Source: a virus (Duplodnaviria > Caudoviricetes). From it: a DNA stretch of 52,712 nucleotides. A program made the position numbers and the translations under genes. Below, piece after piece: positions 17,784 through 27,773 of this stretch. The stretch covers positions 1-52,712 of IMG/VR virus record IMGVR_UViG_3300021520_000236; one strand, given 5' to 3'. Position 1 is the first letter of the stretch. Each line of letters opens with the position of its first letter. The notes under the pieces are model-generated. The model saw only the letters and a program-made list of their open reading frames with translations. It ran no database searches and was not told where the DNA came from.

Positions 17784-19375
17784 AAGCAGCAACCCCTGAC
17801 ATTTCCCGAAACTGGATAGGATCAAAGGTTGATTCCATCTTCGAGACATTCGCGCCCGGCGTATACCTCAGCCGCATGAAAGCCAGGGCTGCAGCAACTA
17901 AGTTCCGCTTGAGGGCAGCTCAACCGTCCGCCGACAGGGAAATAGCCCGGCGCGGTCCACATCCGAACTCCGCCCTCACCATGCGGGATGCAGTTACGCT
18001 GATGTTCGAGGCTCGCGACCTTTCCGAAAATGTCGGATTCGTAAAAGGTCACCTCCGAAAAGTTCAGCTTTACGGAGCCGGAACTCTCTCCTACGAGCCA
18101 GAGACCGGAGATGCGGGAATGGACTCAGAAATTCATGGCTTCATGGAGAATTTCAACGCGACCGCCCATGTTGGCGGGGAGCACACACTCACACGGCTAA
18201 TCCAGTTGGCGCTTGTCGGAATGACCCGCGACCGTGACAGCCTGCTGGTATTCTGCAGAGATGACGATAATTCTTTGAAGCTACAGCTCGTTGAAGCCGA
18301 CCAAATTGGCGAGTTGTTCAGCTTCGTTAATCGCGAGAATTACATCCAAGGAATCTACATGGATGGACCTCGCAGGGCTGGATACCACATCTATGACAGG
18401 ATCGGAGACTTGCAGTATGCGAACGGGCAAATTATCCCGTCGCACGACGGGGTTTTCTTTTACGACCCGCTCCGCGCATCGGTGCGCGGAATCACGGCAT
18501 ACGAGACCTCGATCCAAAACATCCGCGATAAATTCGAGATCCTTGGATACGAAAAAATCATCGTCAAAGACATCTCCACCCGTGGCGTAATCACCTACAC
18601 GCAGACCGGGCGGGCTGATGAGTTCGACTATGACGACACGCAGACCGGGGCCGACGGGAATGTTTCCTTCATTCAGCACAAGGAAAGCGGAGTGCAGGAA
18701 TACCGTGGGGTAGGGGAGCGGTTCGAGGTTGTGCAACACAACCGTCCGAGCCCGACCTTTCAGGGCTTCATTAAGACGCTTGACCTAGAAGATTGCCAGG
18801 GCTTAAACCTGCCTTATGGGTTCCTTGTTGACCCGAGCGACGTTGGCGGGGCCTCCGTCCGTTTGATTGCCCACGTCGCCAATCGTGAGTTTGAGCGCAT
18901 CCGCAATGACATCCTCACTCCGAACCTGAACCGAATCCGCACGATTGCGCTCGCAGACGCCATGGAACGCAGGCTGATTTCACGACATAAGAATTTCAGG
19001 AACGGATTCTGGATGTTCCCGCCGCCGCCGACCGCCGACATCCAGAGGGAAAGCGACATTTCAATCAGGGAAGTCCGCTCCGGGCTTTCCACCCGCACGG
19101 GCGAATGGGCAATGCAGGGCGGCAGCTTCCGAAAGAAAGTGAAGATCCTCGCCGCCGAAGCCATCGCCCGCCGGGTTGCAGCGGCAGAAGCCACCAAGGA
19201 ACTCGCCCGCCTCGGATACCCGGAGCAGGTTGTGTTGCCGGATGAGATTTACGCCAACAGCGACAACCCGAGCCAAGACCCGGCAAATGCGGACACGACG
19301 GCCAAGCTCCCGACCGCCAGCGATGCTTTGGTCCCGTCATCTTCTGCATCCGTGGCTAAGCCCGTCGCGCCCTAG
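17780..19375 (+). CDS. Portal protein, lambda family
   Basis: ARDL.EN, LQLVEADQI, RGI, RPSPTF..F, GLSTR; 531 aa. Confidence 0.9.
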   Translation: MKAATPDISRNWIGSKVDSIFETFAPGVYLSRMKARAAATKFRLRAAQPSADREIARRGPHPNSALTMRDAVTLMFEARDLSENVGFVKGHLRKVQLYGAGTLSYEPETGDAGMDSEIHGFMENFNATAHVGGEHTLTRLIQLALVGMTRDRDSLLVFCRDDDNSLKLQLVEADQIGELFSFVNRENYIQGIYMDGPRRAGYHIYDRIGDLQYANGQIIPSHDGVFFYDPLRASVRGITAYETSIQNIRDKFEILGYEKIIVKDISTRGVITYTQTGRADEFDYDDTQTGADGNVSFIQHKESGVQEYRGVGERFEVVQHNRPSPTFQGFIKTLDLEDCQGLNLPYGFLVDPSDVGGASVRLIAHVANREFERIRNDILTPNLNRIRTIALADAMERRLISRHKNFRNGFWMFPPPPTADIQRESDISIREVRSGLSTRTGEWAMQGGSFRKKVKILAAEAIARRVAAAEATKELARLGYPEQVVLPDEIYANSDNPSQDPANADTTAKLPTASDALVPSSSASVAKPVAP

Positions 19376-19399
19376 TTTTTTTGACACCCCCGCTTTCTC

Positions 19400-20416
19400 G
19401 TGAAGAAAGCGCGTCTGACATATTTTCAAGTTCTCCCCACCGGGACCGTTGACCACGACGCCGGAACGATCAAGGGCGTCTCCGTGCTTTCCATCGGCCC
19501 GGCCCTCGGCCACGGCATCACGATTGACGAGGAAGGGTTGAAACAATGTCTTGCCGCTTGCGAGCGTCGGGGAAACGTGAAGCTGATTGACCGCCACGAT
19601 GCAGAGTTCGACGGAATCGTGGGCTCACTCTCCAACTTCCGAATCGAAGGCGACCAGGTAAGGGCGGATGCCGCGCTCCTCGACACTCACCCGATGCGTG
19701 CCCGCGTGCTGGAGATCGCAACCAAGCTCGCCAGCGAATTTGGGCTCTCGATCGAATGCGACGGCAACCACGCCGACAACCCGGACGGCAAGGGAAAACT
19801 TTTCCGCTGCACCGACGTTGACGCCGTGGCCCTCGTCCCCCGGCCGGCCGCAAATAAATCGGGATTATTTTCCGCCCGCAAATTTGACACCAAGCCAAAA
19901 ACAGCAACCCGCACCAAAATGAGCAAACTCAAAACCGCCCTCGCAAACTTCGTCAAAGCCCTCAACTTGGAGGAAGGCGACCAGCTCGACAACGTGCTCG
20001 ACGCGATTGTTGAAGCCGTCCAAGAACAGCAGCCCTCGGTCGAGGACCGGCTGAAGAAGCTCGAAGAGGCGACCGCTCCGAAAGCCGAGCCGACCGAAGA
20101 GGAGAAGGCGAAACTCGAATCGGACGAAAAAGCGGCCGCTGACGAAAAGGCGAAAGCGGACGAGGACAAGATGACCGCCCTCGCCGAGAAAATCGCCGAC
20201 AGCAAGATTACCAAGTTCACCGCCGAGATCGGCATCAGGCGTGCACCCGGCAGCGGGGCGGGATTCGTCGCTACGAACGATTCCAAGACCTCCTTCGAGA
20301 CGGCAATCAAAACCCAACTCGAGGCCGGCGCGAAAGACCGCCCGACGGCAATCGCCCGCCTCGCGAAAGACAAACCGGAAATCTACAACGACGCCCGCGC
20401 AAAAGGCCTTTTCTAA
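19400..20416 (+). CDS. Prohead protease fused to scaffold (probable internal start at 19919)
   Basis: H...GLSI...VALV.RPAAN protease half; acidic helical C-terminal half. Confidence 0.8.
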   Translation: MKKARLTYFQVLPTGTVDHDAGTIKGVSVLSIGPALGHGITIDEEGLKQCLAACERRGNVKLIDRHDAEFDGIVGSLSNFRIEGDQVRADAALLDTHPMRARVLEIATKLASEFGLSIECDGNHADNPDGKGKLFRCTDVDAVALVPRPAANKSGLFSARKFDTKPKTATRTKMSKLKTALANFVKALNLEEGDQLDNVLDAIVEAVQEQQPSVEDRLKKLEEATAPKAEPTEEEKAKLESDEKAAADEKAKADEDKMTALAEKIADSKITKFTAEIGIRRAPGSGAGFVATNDSKTSFETAIKTQLEAGAKDRPTAIARLAKDKPEIYNDARAKGLF

Positions 20417-20437
20417 CCCTCTAACCACCTAAATAAA

Positions 20438-20812
20438 ATGGCACTCCAAGCAACCTACATCGGGATCGAGCCCCGCACAATCACCGCGACCAACGTCGCG
20501 CAATCCCGTGGAACTCGCGTGACTCGCGACTCCAGCGGAACAACTGCCGTCGCCGCAGCTTCTAGCCGTGGCGATTATGTCACACTGCAAGACATCGCGG
20601 CCAGCAGCACGGGAACCGCAGCCAGCATGAGCGGTGGCGGAAAAATCCCTGCACTTGCAAGTGAAGCAACAACCGTAGGCGATTTGGCCTATTCCGCAGC
20701 TTCCGGCAAATTCTCAAAAACCTCCACCAATGCGGTTCTCGTTGGCCGCTGGACTCTCGCCGCTTCCGGCGACGGCGTCCTTGGTGAAGTCGAACTCTTC
20801 TCTGTCGCCTAA
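20438..20812 (+). CDS. Head decoration protein (DUF2190-like)
   Basis: Small A/S/T/G-rich protein between scaffold and capsid; GD..Y....G. Confidence 0.7.
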   Translation: MALQATYIGIEPRTITATNVAQSRGTRVTRDSSGTTAVAAASSRGDYVTLQDIAASSTGTAASMSGGGKIPALASEATTVGDLAYSAASGKFSKTSTNAVLVGRWTLAASGDGVLGEVELFSVA

Positions 20813-20831
20813 CCCTCAAACATAACACACC

Positions 20832-21896
20832 ATGCCCGTATTTAGCACAACCTCGGCCCTGCCCCGGCAGGAACTCGCGCTCGCAATCCTTGAAGGGGAG
20901 GGAGCAGTTGAAAACCTTATCGGCGAACAGATTCTTCCTCCGTTCCCGATCAATAAGCGCACCGCGCACTTGGTCAAGGCGACTCTCGCCAACAGCCAGG
21001 CTCTCCGCGTTATTGACGACGCCAAATTCATCCACGCCCCCGGCACGAAGTTCGAGCGCATGGTTGCAACTTTTGGCGATGACACTCTGACCGTGGACCT
21101 CCGCGGGCAGGAGATCGTTGTCCCGAACGAAACCAGCCTCGACTACGCGCAGTTCCTCGACATCGAGGCGTTTTACGCCGGCCGTTTCGGGCAGACCTCG
21201 GCTCTCACCAAAGAGAAGCTGATCGCGGCCCAGATCTTCAACACGTCGAACTTCGGCGCTGGAACGAACTCTGGAGTTGCCTACACCGTCGCAAACCGCG
21301 ACGTGCAAGGCGCCTCGGGCATGAACCCGATTCAAGACATCATCGCCGCCACCCGGCGCGTCAAAGCCAAGGGCGAGCGCCCAGACACGGTTGTGATGAG
21401 CGGCCCCGGCGCGGAACGCGTCTACACCTGCCAGAACACGCTCCAGTTTGTTCGCGGCATGTATGGACCGATCGCGGAAGTCACCCCCGACCTGTTCGCC
21501 AAGGCGCTTGCGCCTTTCGGCATCAAGCAGGTTCTCGTCGGAGACGCCTACTACAACAACGCGGCGGATCAGGCCACGGCTTCACTCTCGCAGGTTTGGA
21601 GCAACACCTATATATGGGTGGGCAAGTCGGGCAAAGCCTCGACCGGCGCAGAGACATCGACCGGGATCGCAGTTCCTCAACTGGCCGGCGTCGGCGCGAA
21701 CATCTTCTGGGAAGATTACGAACAGGGCGGCGTCATCAAGGCGACCGACCTCTCGCTCAAATTCGCGGGCGGCAATTATGTCGAATCCTACCCCGACCTG
21801 TCGATTGATTCGATGGTTCTCCGAGTCAAGATGAGCAATCGGCCTTACCTGGGCAACACACGCGGCGGCGACCTGATCGCTACCCAATACGTCTAA
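20832..21896 (+). CDS. Major capsid protein (gpE-like)
   Basis: 354 aa; position; ILP.FP, E..IA, PI.DI, P.TVVM. Confidence 0.85.
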   Translation: MPVFSTTSALPRQELALAILEGEGAVENLIGEQILPPFPINKRTAHLVKATLANSQALRVIDDAKFIHAPGTKFERMVATFGDDTLTVDLRGQEIVVPNETSLDYAQFLDIEAFYAGRFGQTSALTKEKLIAAQIFNTSNFGAGTNSGVAYTVANRDVQGASGMNPIQDIIAATRRVKAKGERPDTVVMSGPGAERVYTCQNTLQFVRGMYGPIAEVTPDLFAKALAPFGIKQVLVGDAYYNNAADQATASLSQVWSNTYIWVGKSGKASTGAETSTGIAVPQLAGVGANIFWEDYEQGGVIKATDLSLKFAGGNYVESYPDLSIDSMVLRVKMSNRPYLGNTRGGDLIATQYV

Positions 21897-21913
21897 TCCG
21901 AACAGGACATTCT

Positions 21914-22186
21914 ATGGCAAAGCAAGACTCAAAAGATACAGTCAAAACCACCGGGACCGGACTCCCGGTGGTTGAGGCAAAAGAATCCACGCTGAAGGAA
22001 TCATTCAACGCCCCGACCGACGACAAGTATACCAAGGGGTTTTTCAAGTGCAAAGAGGACGGCGAACTCTACGCGCTGGCAATCCACGAGGCAGACGATT
22101 ACTTCCGCACTCACTCGCTGAAAAATTCAATCCACTTCCGGCAGCACACCGAAGCGGAGTTCCGGCTCCTCTTTGACCGGGCCTAA
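21914..22186 (+). CDS. Hypothetical virion-region protein
   Basis: Follows capsid, precedes terminator. Confidence 0.65.
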   Translation: MAKQDSKDTVKTTGTGLPVVEAKESTLKESFNAPTDDKYTKGFFKCKEDGELYALAIHEADDYFRTHSLKNSIHFRQHTEAEFRLLFDRA

Positions 22187-22196
22187 TTTCCCGAAT

Positions 22197-22230
22197 GGGC
22201 CGCATGAGTAAAATCATGCGGCCCCTTTTT
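22197..22230 (+). terminator. Rho-independent terminator after head genes
   Basis: GGGCCGCATGA-GTAAAA-TCATGCGGCCC then CTTTTT. Confidence 0.85.
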
Positions 22231-22235
22231 ATTCT

Positions 22236-22868
22236 ATGAAAAAACTATTCTTACCGTTCATTGATAACGGCATGGGGATCTCAAGAACCTCATGGGCACT
22301 AAGCGCATTCTCTCTGGCGCTCTCCCCTGTGCTGGACGGCTACGAGATACAGGCAGACAGCATTTCATACCCATATCCCTGCGGGGCAATGAATATCGCC
22401 ACGCAGGTATTTTTGGAATCAGGAGCCGACGAGATGATCGTCATCGACACAGACATCATCTTCCATCCAACGCACGTTCAAAAGCTCCTCTCGCACGATG
22501 TGCCGCTTGTTTTCGGCCTATACCCGAAGAAATGCCCCGGCTTGATATTTCCGGTTGTCAGCCTGACAGAAGCCCACCCGTTCACCAAAGATGGGCCGGA
22601 TCTTGTGGAAGTCGCCCGCGTCGCACGCGGATTCATGCGCGTCCATCGGTCAGTATTTGAGCAACTAAAGCCGCACGTCGAAAAGATCACATGCGCGGAG
22701 ACCGGGCGCGACCAATGGGTTTTCTGGAAAACCCTCCCCGGTGGCAACAGTGAGGACTTTGCCTTTTGCGACCTATGCCGCGCCCACGGCATCAAGATCA
22801 TGGTCGATCAGAAGATTACAGCTCAGCACGAGGGCAGTGTGCGCTACCCGATCGAAGGGACCTACTGA
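22236..22868 (+). CDS. GT-A fold (GT2-like) glycosyltransferase
   Basis: IDTDI (DxD), GLYPKK, GFM.V.RSVFE, SEDFAFC, H.G. Confidence 0.8.
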   Translation: MKKLFLPFIDNGMGISRTSWALSAFSLALSPVLDGYEIQADSISYPYPCGAMNIATQVFLESGADEMIVIDTDIIFHPTHVQKLLSHDVPLVFGLYPKKCPGLIFPVVSLTEAHPFTKDGPDLVEVARVARGFMRVHRSVFEQLKPHVEKITCAETGRDQWVFWKTLPGGNSEDFAFCDLCRAHGIKIMVDQKITAQHEGSVRYPIEGTY

Positions 22869-22870
22869 TT

Positions 22871-23185
22871 ATGGCATGGGCTGACGATGTTGCTGACGGG
22901 TTGAAAGAAGCGATGGTAGACGCGGGCGTCATCATCACATGGCGCGGCAAGAAAATCCGCGCGATGCAAGGCAGCGGGATATCGCTCGAAATGCTCTCCA
23001 ACGGAGGCGTCGTTGACGGAGAAAATCCGTCGTTCACCGTGCTGAAAAGCGACATGCCAGCCGGCCGCACGTTCAAGCAGGGAGACAAGATCGAACTGGC
23101 CGGGAAAACCTTCGTCGTCAAATCCATTTCGTTCGACGTGGCAGACCCCGACATCCGGCTCGCAACCCAAGGAGAAGGCCAATGA
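22871..23185 (+). CDS. Head-tail joining protein (FII-like)
   Basis: Size, position, GDKIE..G.TF.V. Confidence 0.6.
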   Translation: MAWADDVADGLKEAMVDAGVIITWRGKKIRAMQGSGISLEMLSNGGVVDGENPSFTVLKSDMPAGRTFKQGDKIELAGKTFVVKSISFDVADPDIRLATQGEGQ

Positions 23186-23583
23186 CCTCCGACCCCGCCA
23201 GCATGACACTTAAGGAACGGGCCGAGGCCCAGATCATTTCCGAACTCGTCTCCGACAAGTCGCTCCGTGCGCTGTTCCCGAAGAAGCAGAACGATGACAG
23301 CAAACAGAAGCTCCCCCGGCTGGCCGTCGTCGCCACCGTCGGCAAGGAAATCTCCCCAGGCGCCGGACTCTTCAACCTGACCGTGGCAATCGAGGTCTAT
23401 TTCAAATACCCCGCCGACAATGCGGAAGACCTTGACCAGATCGTGCAGAAAATCCGCTCCGCGCTCGCCTACGCGCAGGCACAGGGGAATTACGGCGTGA
23501 TCCTCGACGGCGAGCAGCCGACCCAGTTCGTTTCCGACACGATCCGCAAGCGCGTCGTGGCAGCCCGGTTGCTGGCTGGCTGA
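23182..23583 (+). CDS. Tail terminator / completion protein
   Basis: 133 aa, LP.LAV motif, precedes putative tube gene. Confidence 0.5.
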   Translation: MTSDPASMTLKERAEAQIISELVSDKSLRALFPKKQNDDSKQKLPRLAVVATVGKEISPGAGLFNLTVAIEVYFKYPADNAEDLDQIVQKIRSALAYAQAQGNYGVILDGEQPTQFVSDTIRKRVVAARLLAG

Positions 23584-23611
23584 CGGAATTTGACACCCGG
23601 CCATATTTGTT

Positions 23612-23980
23612 ATGGCCGCCACCTCACCCATCCTCCTCGGGCTCACCGGAGCAACTTTCCTTATGACCGCAGAAACCGGCGGCATCATCCAATCGTTTTC
23701 CGCAAACCAAAACTCGAAATGGATCGACGTTTATGATGCTAGCGTCGGTTACACCGTCGGTCATGTCGCTCACGATTTCGTGAACGACTACAGCGTCGAA
23801 GTGATCTCCACCGGTAGCAATGGCATCTGTGCGGCTTCCCCCGGCGTCGCCCTCACCCTCGCCAACAACGTCAGCGGCAGCAATACGGCGCTGATTTACA
23901 CGATCTCCAAGAACATCGCCCACTCTCCCGAACAGCTCCGCAGGCAGAGCGTTACTGCCAAGCAGTGGCTGAACGCATGA
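23612..23980 (+). CDS. Putative tail tube protein
   Basis: Beta-rich, S/T/G-rich, own upstream motif, position. Confidence 0.5.
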   Translation: MAATSPILLGLTGATFLMTAETGGIIQSFSANQNSKWIDVYDASVGYTVGHVAHDFVNDYSVEVISTGSNGICAASPGVALTLANNVSGSNTALIYTISKNIAHSPEQLRRQSVTAKQWLNA

Positions 23981-24012
23981 TCCGAGAGATTTAACTCTAC
24001 CAACCGCATTCT

Positions 24013-24729
24013 ATGAGCCTCCAAACGGGCGACGCCCGATTCAGCACGAACAACACCAACCTCGCCGCATGTCTTGGCGGGTTGAGGATCGCAGTCAAGA
24101 CCGAGCAGCCGGTGACGATTGTCAGAGACGAGAACGGCCCCGGCAAGGTTGTGACGTTCTGGTTTGAGCGTGACGGGGAAGAAGAGTTCTGCGGGGCATT
24201 TCACAACTCGCTCGAAATCGACAAATGCTGGCGCAACCGCGGGCAATTCGATCGGGAGTTCCCGAATCACCCGCTCGTGGCAATGCGGGAAGTGCTCGAC
24301 AGACGGGATTGGCTCACGAAAGCCTGGCACGGGCGGATCATGCCGGCAAGCTCGCTCGACAAGCCGGGGTTCAAGACAGACGACCTGTTCTTTGCATCGG
24401 TTCTCATGGCGGAAAAATACCCACTACTGCGGCTCGAAAAACCGAACTACTTGTTCCGGAAAATCCGGAAGACCGACCTCGACCGGATTAAGCAGGAGTT
24501 CGACAACTTCAACGAGCCCGACTTCCAAGAGCGGACCGTTGCAGTCCGTCGCCGGGTGCTGGAAGTCCGCAAGCTCCTCGTGCAACTCGCCCGTCACCCC
24601 GACATTGAGGCCTCGCTCAAGTTCACCGACGGCATGGTCGATCCGGAGTGCGGGAAGATGGCATTTATCTCCGAAAAGGCGACCGACCGGCAGATCAGTG
24701 AGACCATCGACGTTCTCCACACAATATGA
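24013..24729 (+). CDS. Hypothetical tail-region protein
   Basis: Long ORF coupled to next gene; weak internal repeat (FST.N..LAA.L / FKTDD..FASVL). Confidence 0.6.
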   Translation: MSLQTGDARFSTNNTNLAACLGGLRIAVKTEQPVTIVRDENGPGKVVTFWFERDGEEEFCGAFHNSLEIDKCWRNRGQFDREFPNHPLVAMREVLDRRDWLTKAWHGRIMPASSLDKPGFKTDDLFFASVLMAEKYPLLRLEKPNYLFRKIRKTDLDRIKQEFDNFNEPDFQERTVAVRRRVLEVRKLLVQLARHPDIEASLKFTDGMVDPECGKMAFISEKATDRQISETIDVLHTI

Positions 24730-25271
24730 GCACCGCATCCTACGCAAACACGCCCGACTTCAACCCGGAAGACGAGGCCAGCATCAAAAACGCACTGACC
24801 GGCGAGTTCACCAGACCCGCCGCCGTCTTCCAAGGCCGCCCGCTGTGGCCGTTCACCCCCGGAAGCAAGGCGCTTTATCACATGTCGCTCTCTGACGCCG
24901 ACACGAGGCTGTATCGCGTGCTCGCTTTCATCCTGATCCACATCCGGGGAGAGCAAGAGCTTAGGAACGCCACGGGTGAGGTCGTCGCCAAGGCGATGGC
25001 GACCTCGATGGAATCCGACCTGGCCGCCCGTGTCGTTCCGCTCGTCTGGCACGATCTGAACCTTTTCCGGGTCAAAGCGCTCGCGCTCTGCGATTCGATG
25101 ACCCCCGAGGACATCGAGGCAGCGTTCGAGATCGTCAATCGCGAGCTCAAACTCGAGGCAGCGAGCGAAGTTGTGGCGACCCCGCCCGACTACGGCGCGC
25201 CTCAAAAAAAAAGCACACCGACACCCCGCCCGAAATCGGGTGGCAAGCGTTCTCGGCCGCGAAAGAAATGA
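24726..25271 (+). CDS. Tail assembly chaperone (gpG-like); -1 frameshift product extends to 25429
   Basis: A9G run at 25204-25213 near the C-terminus; open -1 frame ends at a TGA overlapping the next ATG. Confidence 0.7.
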   Translation: MSTASYANTPDFNPEDEASIKNALTGEFTRPAAVFQGRPLWPFTPGSKALYHMSLSDADTRLYRVLAFILIHIRGEQELRNATGEVVAKAMATSMESDLAARVVPLVWHDLNLFRVKALALCDSMTPEDIEAAFEIVNRELKLEAASEVVATPPDYGAPQKKSTPTPRPKSGGKRSRPRKK

Positions 25272-25425
25272 ACATGAGCGTCCATGACTACCTCTGGGAA
25301 ACCCGCGTGACCGTGGCAAACATGCTCCACCATGCGCGGCTGGTCTCCGAGGGGTGGACATGCCGCCGATTAGTGAGGGCAGAGGCCAGAAAACGCCGGA
25401 TCCTCGACCGCATCCGAAACAGAAA

Positions 25426-26127
25426 ATGACGATCTCCTCCACATCATCGATCCGCAACCTCTCCGACGTGATCCGCGGGCTCTCAGAAGCCAGCGGATCC
25501 ACCGTCCAGAATGTTGTTGATTTCGAGATGGGCAAAGTGCTGGAGAAATGCGTCGCGCTAACCCCGGCGGCCAGCATCGCCAAGATTGCGGACAATTACG
25601 CCACCAGACAGTGGACAACCGGATACCCCGGCAGTTTCGTGATCGATCGCCGCATGAAAAAATACCGGATCGCTGGGTCCGGCAGATACGGGAAGCAGAA
25701 AAAAGACCACAGAAACAGGTATCCGGATTGGCTGTGGTCCGAACTGCAAGGAGCCCAGCGGCAGTCTGAGGAAAAAGCGATCCTGCTTCGAGGGCTCTCT
25801 AAGCAGTCATGGCTGCGTCTCGCAGAGATGCTTGGATACACGATCAAGGCCACGAAATACGTCCAGAAGATACCGAACAACTTCAACCAGAACTTTAACG
25901 TCACGCGCTCGGGAGGGAAAAGCGGGGAATACTTCGTCGGAATCTTGAACGCCCAGCCTACGATCAACCGGATTGGCGGAAAGCGAATCGTAAAGAAAGC
26001 CGTGGCCGGCCGCGTTGGATATTTCAAGCGCAACATGGAAAACGGAGTCCTAGCGGATGCCGCCAAGCTCGCTAAGGCATACCCCGGTCTCCACGTCATG
26101 CAGGGAGGGCAAATGGAGTTGATATGA
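25426..26127 (+). CDS. Basic tail/neck morphogenesis protein
   Basis: K/R-rich, LTP motif, directly before tape measure. Confidence 0.5.
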   Translation: MTISSTSSIRNLSDVIRGLSEASGSTVQNVVDFEMGKVLEKCVALTPAASIAKIADNYATRQWTTGYPGSFVIDRRMKKYRIAGSGRYGKQKKDHRNRYPDWLWSELQGAQRQSEEKAILLRGLSKQSWLRLAEMLGYTIKATKYVQKIPNNFNQNFNVTRSGGKSGEYFVGILNAQPTINRIGGKRIVKKAVAGRVGYFKRNMENGVLADAAKLAKAYPGLHVMQGGQMELI

Positions 26128-27773
26128 GTGACGCAATCGAACTATCGATCGGCGGGACAAACAAAGGCTTCGTCGCCGTCCTCAACGACACGGAAAAGCG
26201 CGCGAAGGAATCGACCGCAAAGACAAATGTTGCGCTCGACCAAATAGGCGCACAGGGAGTCAAGGGAAGGCAGAAGATCGGGACTGACCTTAACGGGATC
26301 GCCGCCGACTTTGCCAAATGCACGTCACTGTCGGGAGCCCTTGAAATGGGCCTTGGCCGGCTTGGATCCTCGTTCAAGATTGGCGGGATCGTCACGCTTG
26401 CCAGCGCATTCGTGAAAGCCATCTATGACGCGACCCAGAACTCGCGGGACCTTAATTTTGAGATCGAGAAACTCGGCCGGCGGAACAATTACAACGTCGG
26501 CGGGTTTTCGATGGGCGAACTGGAAGGCAACCTCTCCGACACAAAAGGCGCACGCGAGAAAAACTGGGGCTCGATGATGAGCCAGGACAACAAGCCGAAC
26601 TGGATAAAAGCAGCGGGCAGCTTTTGGCAGGACGAGCTCGCGAATGCCGGCGAATTTTGGTCTGGCCACGGCGGAAAGTCATTGGGGCAGGTTGCAGGTG
26701 TTCGGGGCGAAAGGGACGAGGAATTGCGGAAAATCCAACTGGCCGACCTTTCCCGGATCGCGGAAAAGGAACGGCAGATATTCGATATCCAAACCCTCCG
26801 CATCAAAGGGGCGCATGAGCTCGCCGACGTGAAGGCAATGGAGGCGGTCTATTTGGAGCGGATCCGGAGCGCCCACGAAAAAGCCAAGGAGGCCGGATCG
26901 ACCGACACCTCCCTGCAATCCCAGCTCCAACAGGAGATGGCCATGGTCAAGGCGGGGATGTTCAAAGAAGCCATGACCCGCGGCGACATCCGCGCCCGCG
27001 CAGAGATCGGAGCCGACCTCTCCGTCCGCAATGCCCGAATGGAAGCTGGCCCCAACAGCCGGATGTCCATCGGTCTGTCCCGCATGGGAGACCAGGCGCA
27101 GCTCGCCCGGCTCGACTACGAAAACGCCAAAGCCAAGGCACGCCGGTTCCCTGATGACCCGGACGCGGCCAGCGCCGTCATCGTCGCACAGAAGGCGATG
27201 GAACAACTCGGGGAGCAGGTGAAGATTTTTACGCGCGGCCTAGTAAGCGACGGAAACCAAATCAAGAGCCTGAATACCATCGCTACCGGCAATCGTCGCG
27301 AGGAACGCAACGCGAAAGAGGCAATCGCCCAAGCCGACAAGATGGAACGCGTCGGGCTCCCCACAGTCACAACCGGAACCCATGCACGCAAGATCCTCAG
27401 CGGGGCAGATCGCGACATGGACGGAAATATCAAAGGAGACGTGGATCCTCTCACAACCTCTCGCCTAGCAGGTGGGGCAGCGAACGCAGTCCGTGCCACA
27501 GGGTATGCTTCAATGTATGGTCAACACGGTATTCCGGCGGGTGGCTCGCATCTGCCATCGGGGCCGGGTGGATACAAGGCCGAGGGCATTGGTGCAATGC
27601 TCGCCAAGTCCGAAATGCAGCACAAGCACGGGGTTATTGGTCTCGCTTCAGACAAGGCGGCTCGGCAGGAGGCGATTGAGAAAAGCAAAGTTGAATCTGT
27701 GAAAGCCGGGACCGCATCGCCGGGGCAGGCACTTGCCAGCATCGCGCAGATCCTCACCGCTTGGAACAATTAA
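26124..27773 (+). CDS. Tail tape measure protein (short, 549 aa)
   Basis: A/E/K/G-rich helical protein after the chaperone; IELSIGG...GF N-terminus. Confidence 0.7.
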   Translation: MSDAIELSIGGTNKGFVAVLNDTEKRAKESTAKTNVALDQIGAQGVKGRQKIGTDLNGIAADFAKCTSLSGALEMGLGRLGSSFKIGGIVTLASAFVKAIYDATQNSRDLNFEIEKLGRRNNYNVGGFSMGELEGNLSDTKGAREKNWGSMMSQDNKPNWIKAAGSFWQDELANAGEFWSGHGGKSLGQVAGVRGERDEELRKIQLADLSRIAEKERQIFDIQTLRIKGAHELADVKAMEAVYLERIRSAHEKAKEAGSTDTSLQSQLQQEMAMVKAGMFKEAMTRGDIRARAEIGADLSVRNARMEAGPNSRMSIGLSRMGDQAQLARLDYENAKAKARRFPDDPDAASAVIVAQKAMEQLGEQVKIFTRGLVSDGNQIKSLNTIATGNRREERNAKEAIAQADKMERVGLPTVTTGTHARKILSGADRDMDGNIKGDVDPLTTSRLAGGAANAVRATGYASMYGQHGIPAGGSHLPSGPGGYKAEGIGAMLAKSEMQHKHGVIGLASDKAARQEAIEKSKVESVKAGTASPGQALASIAQILTAWNN

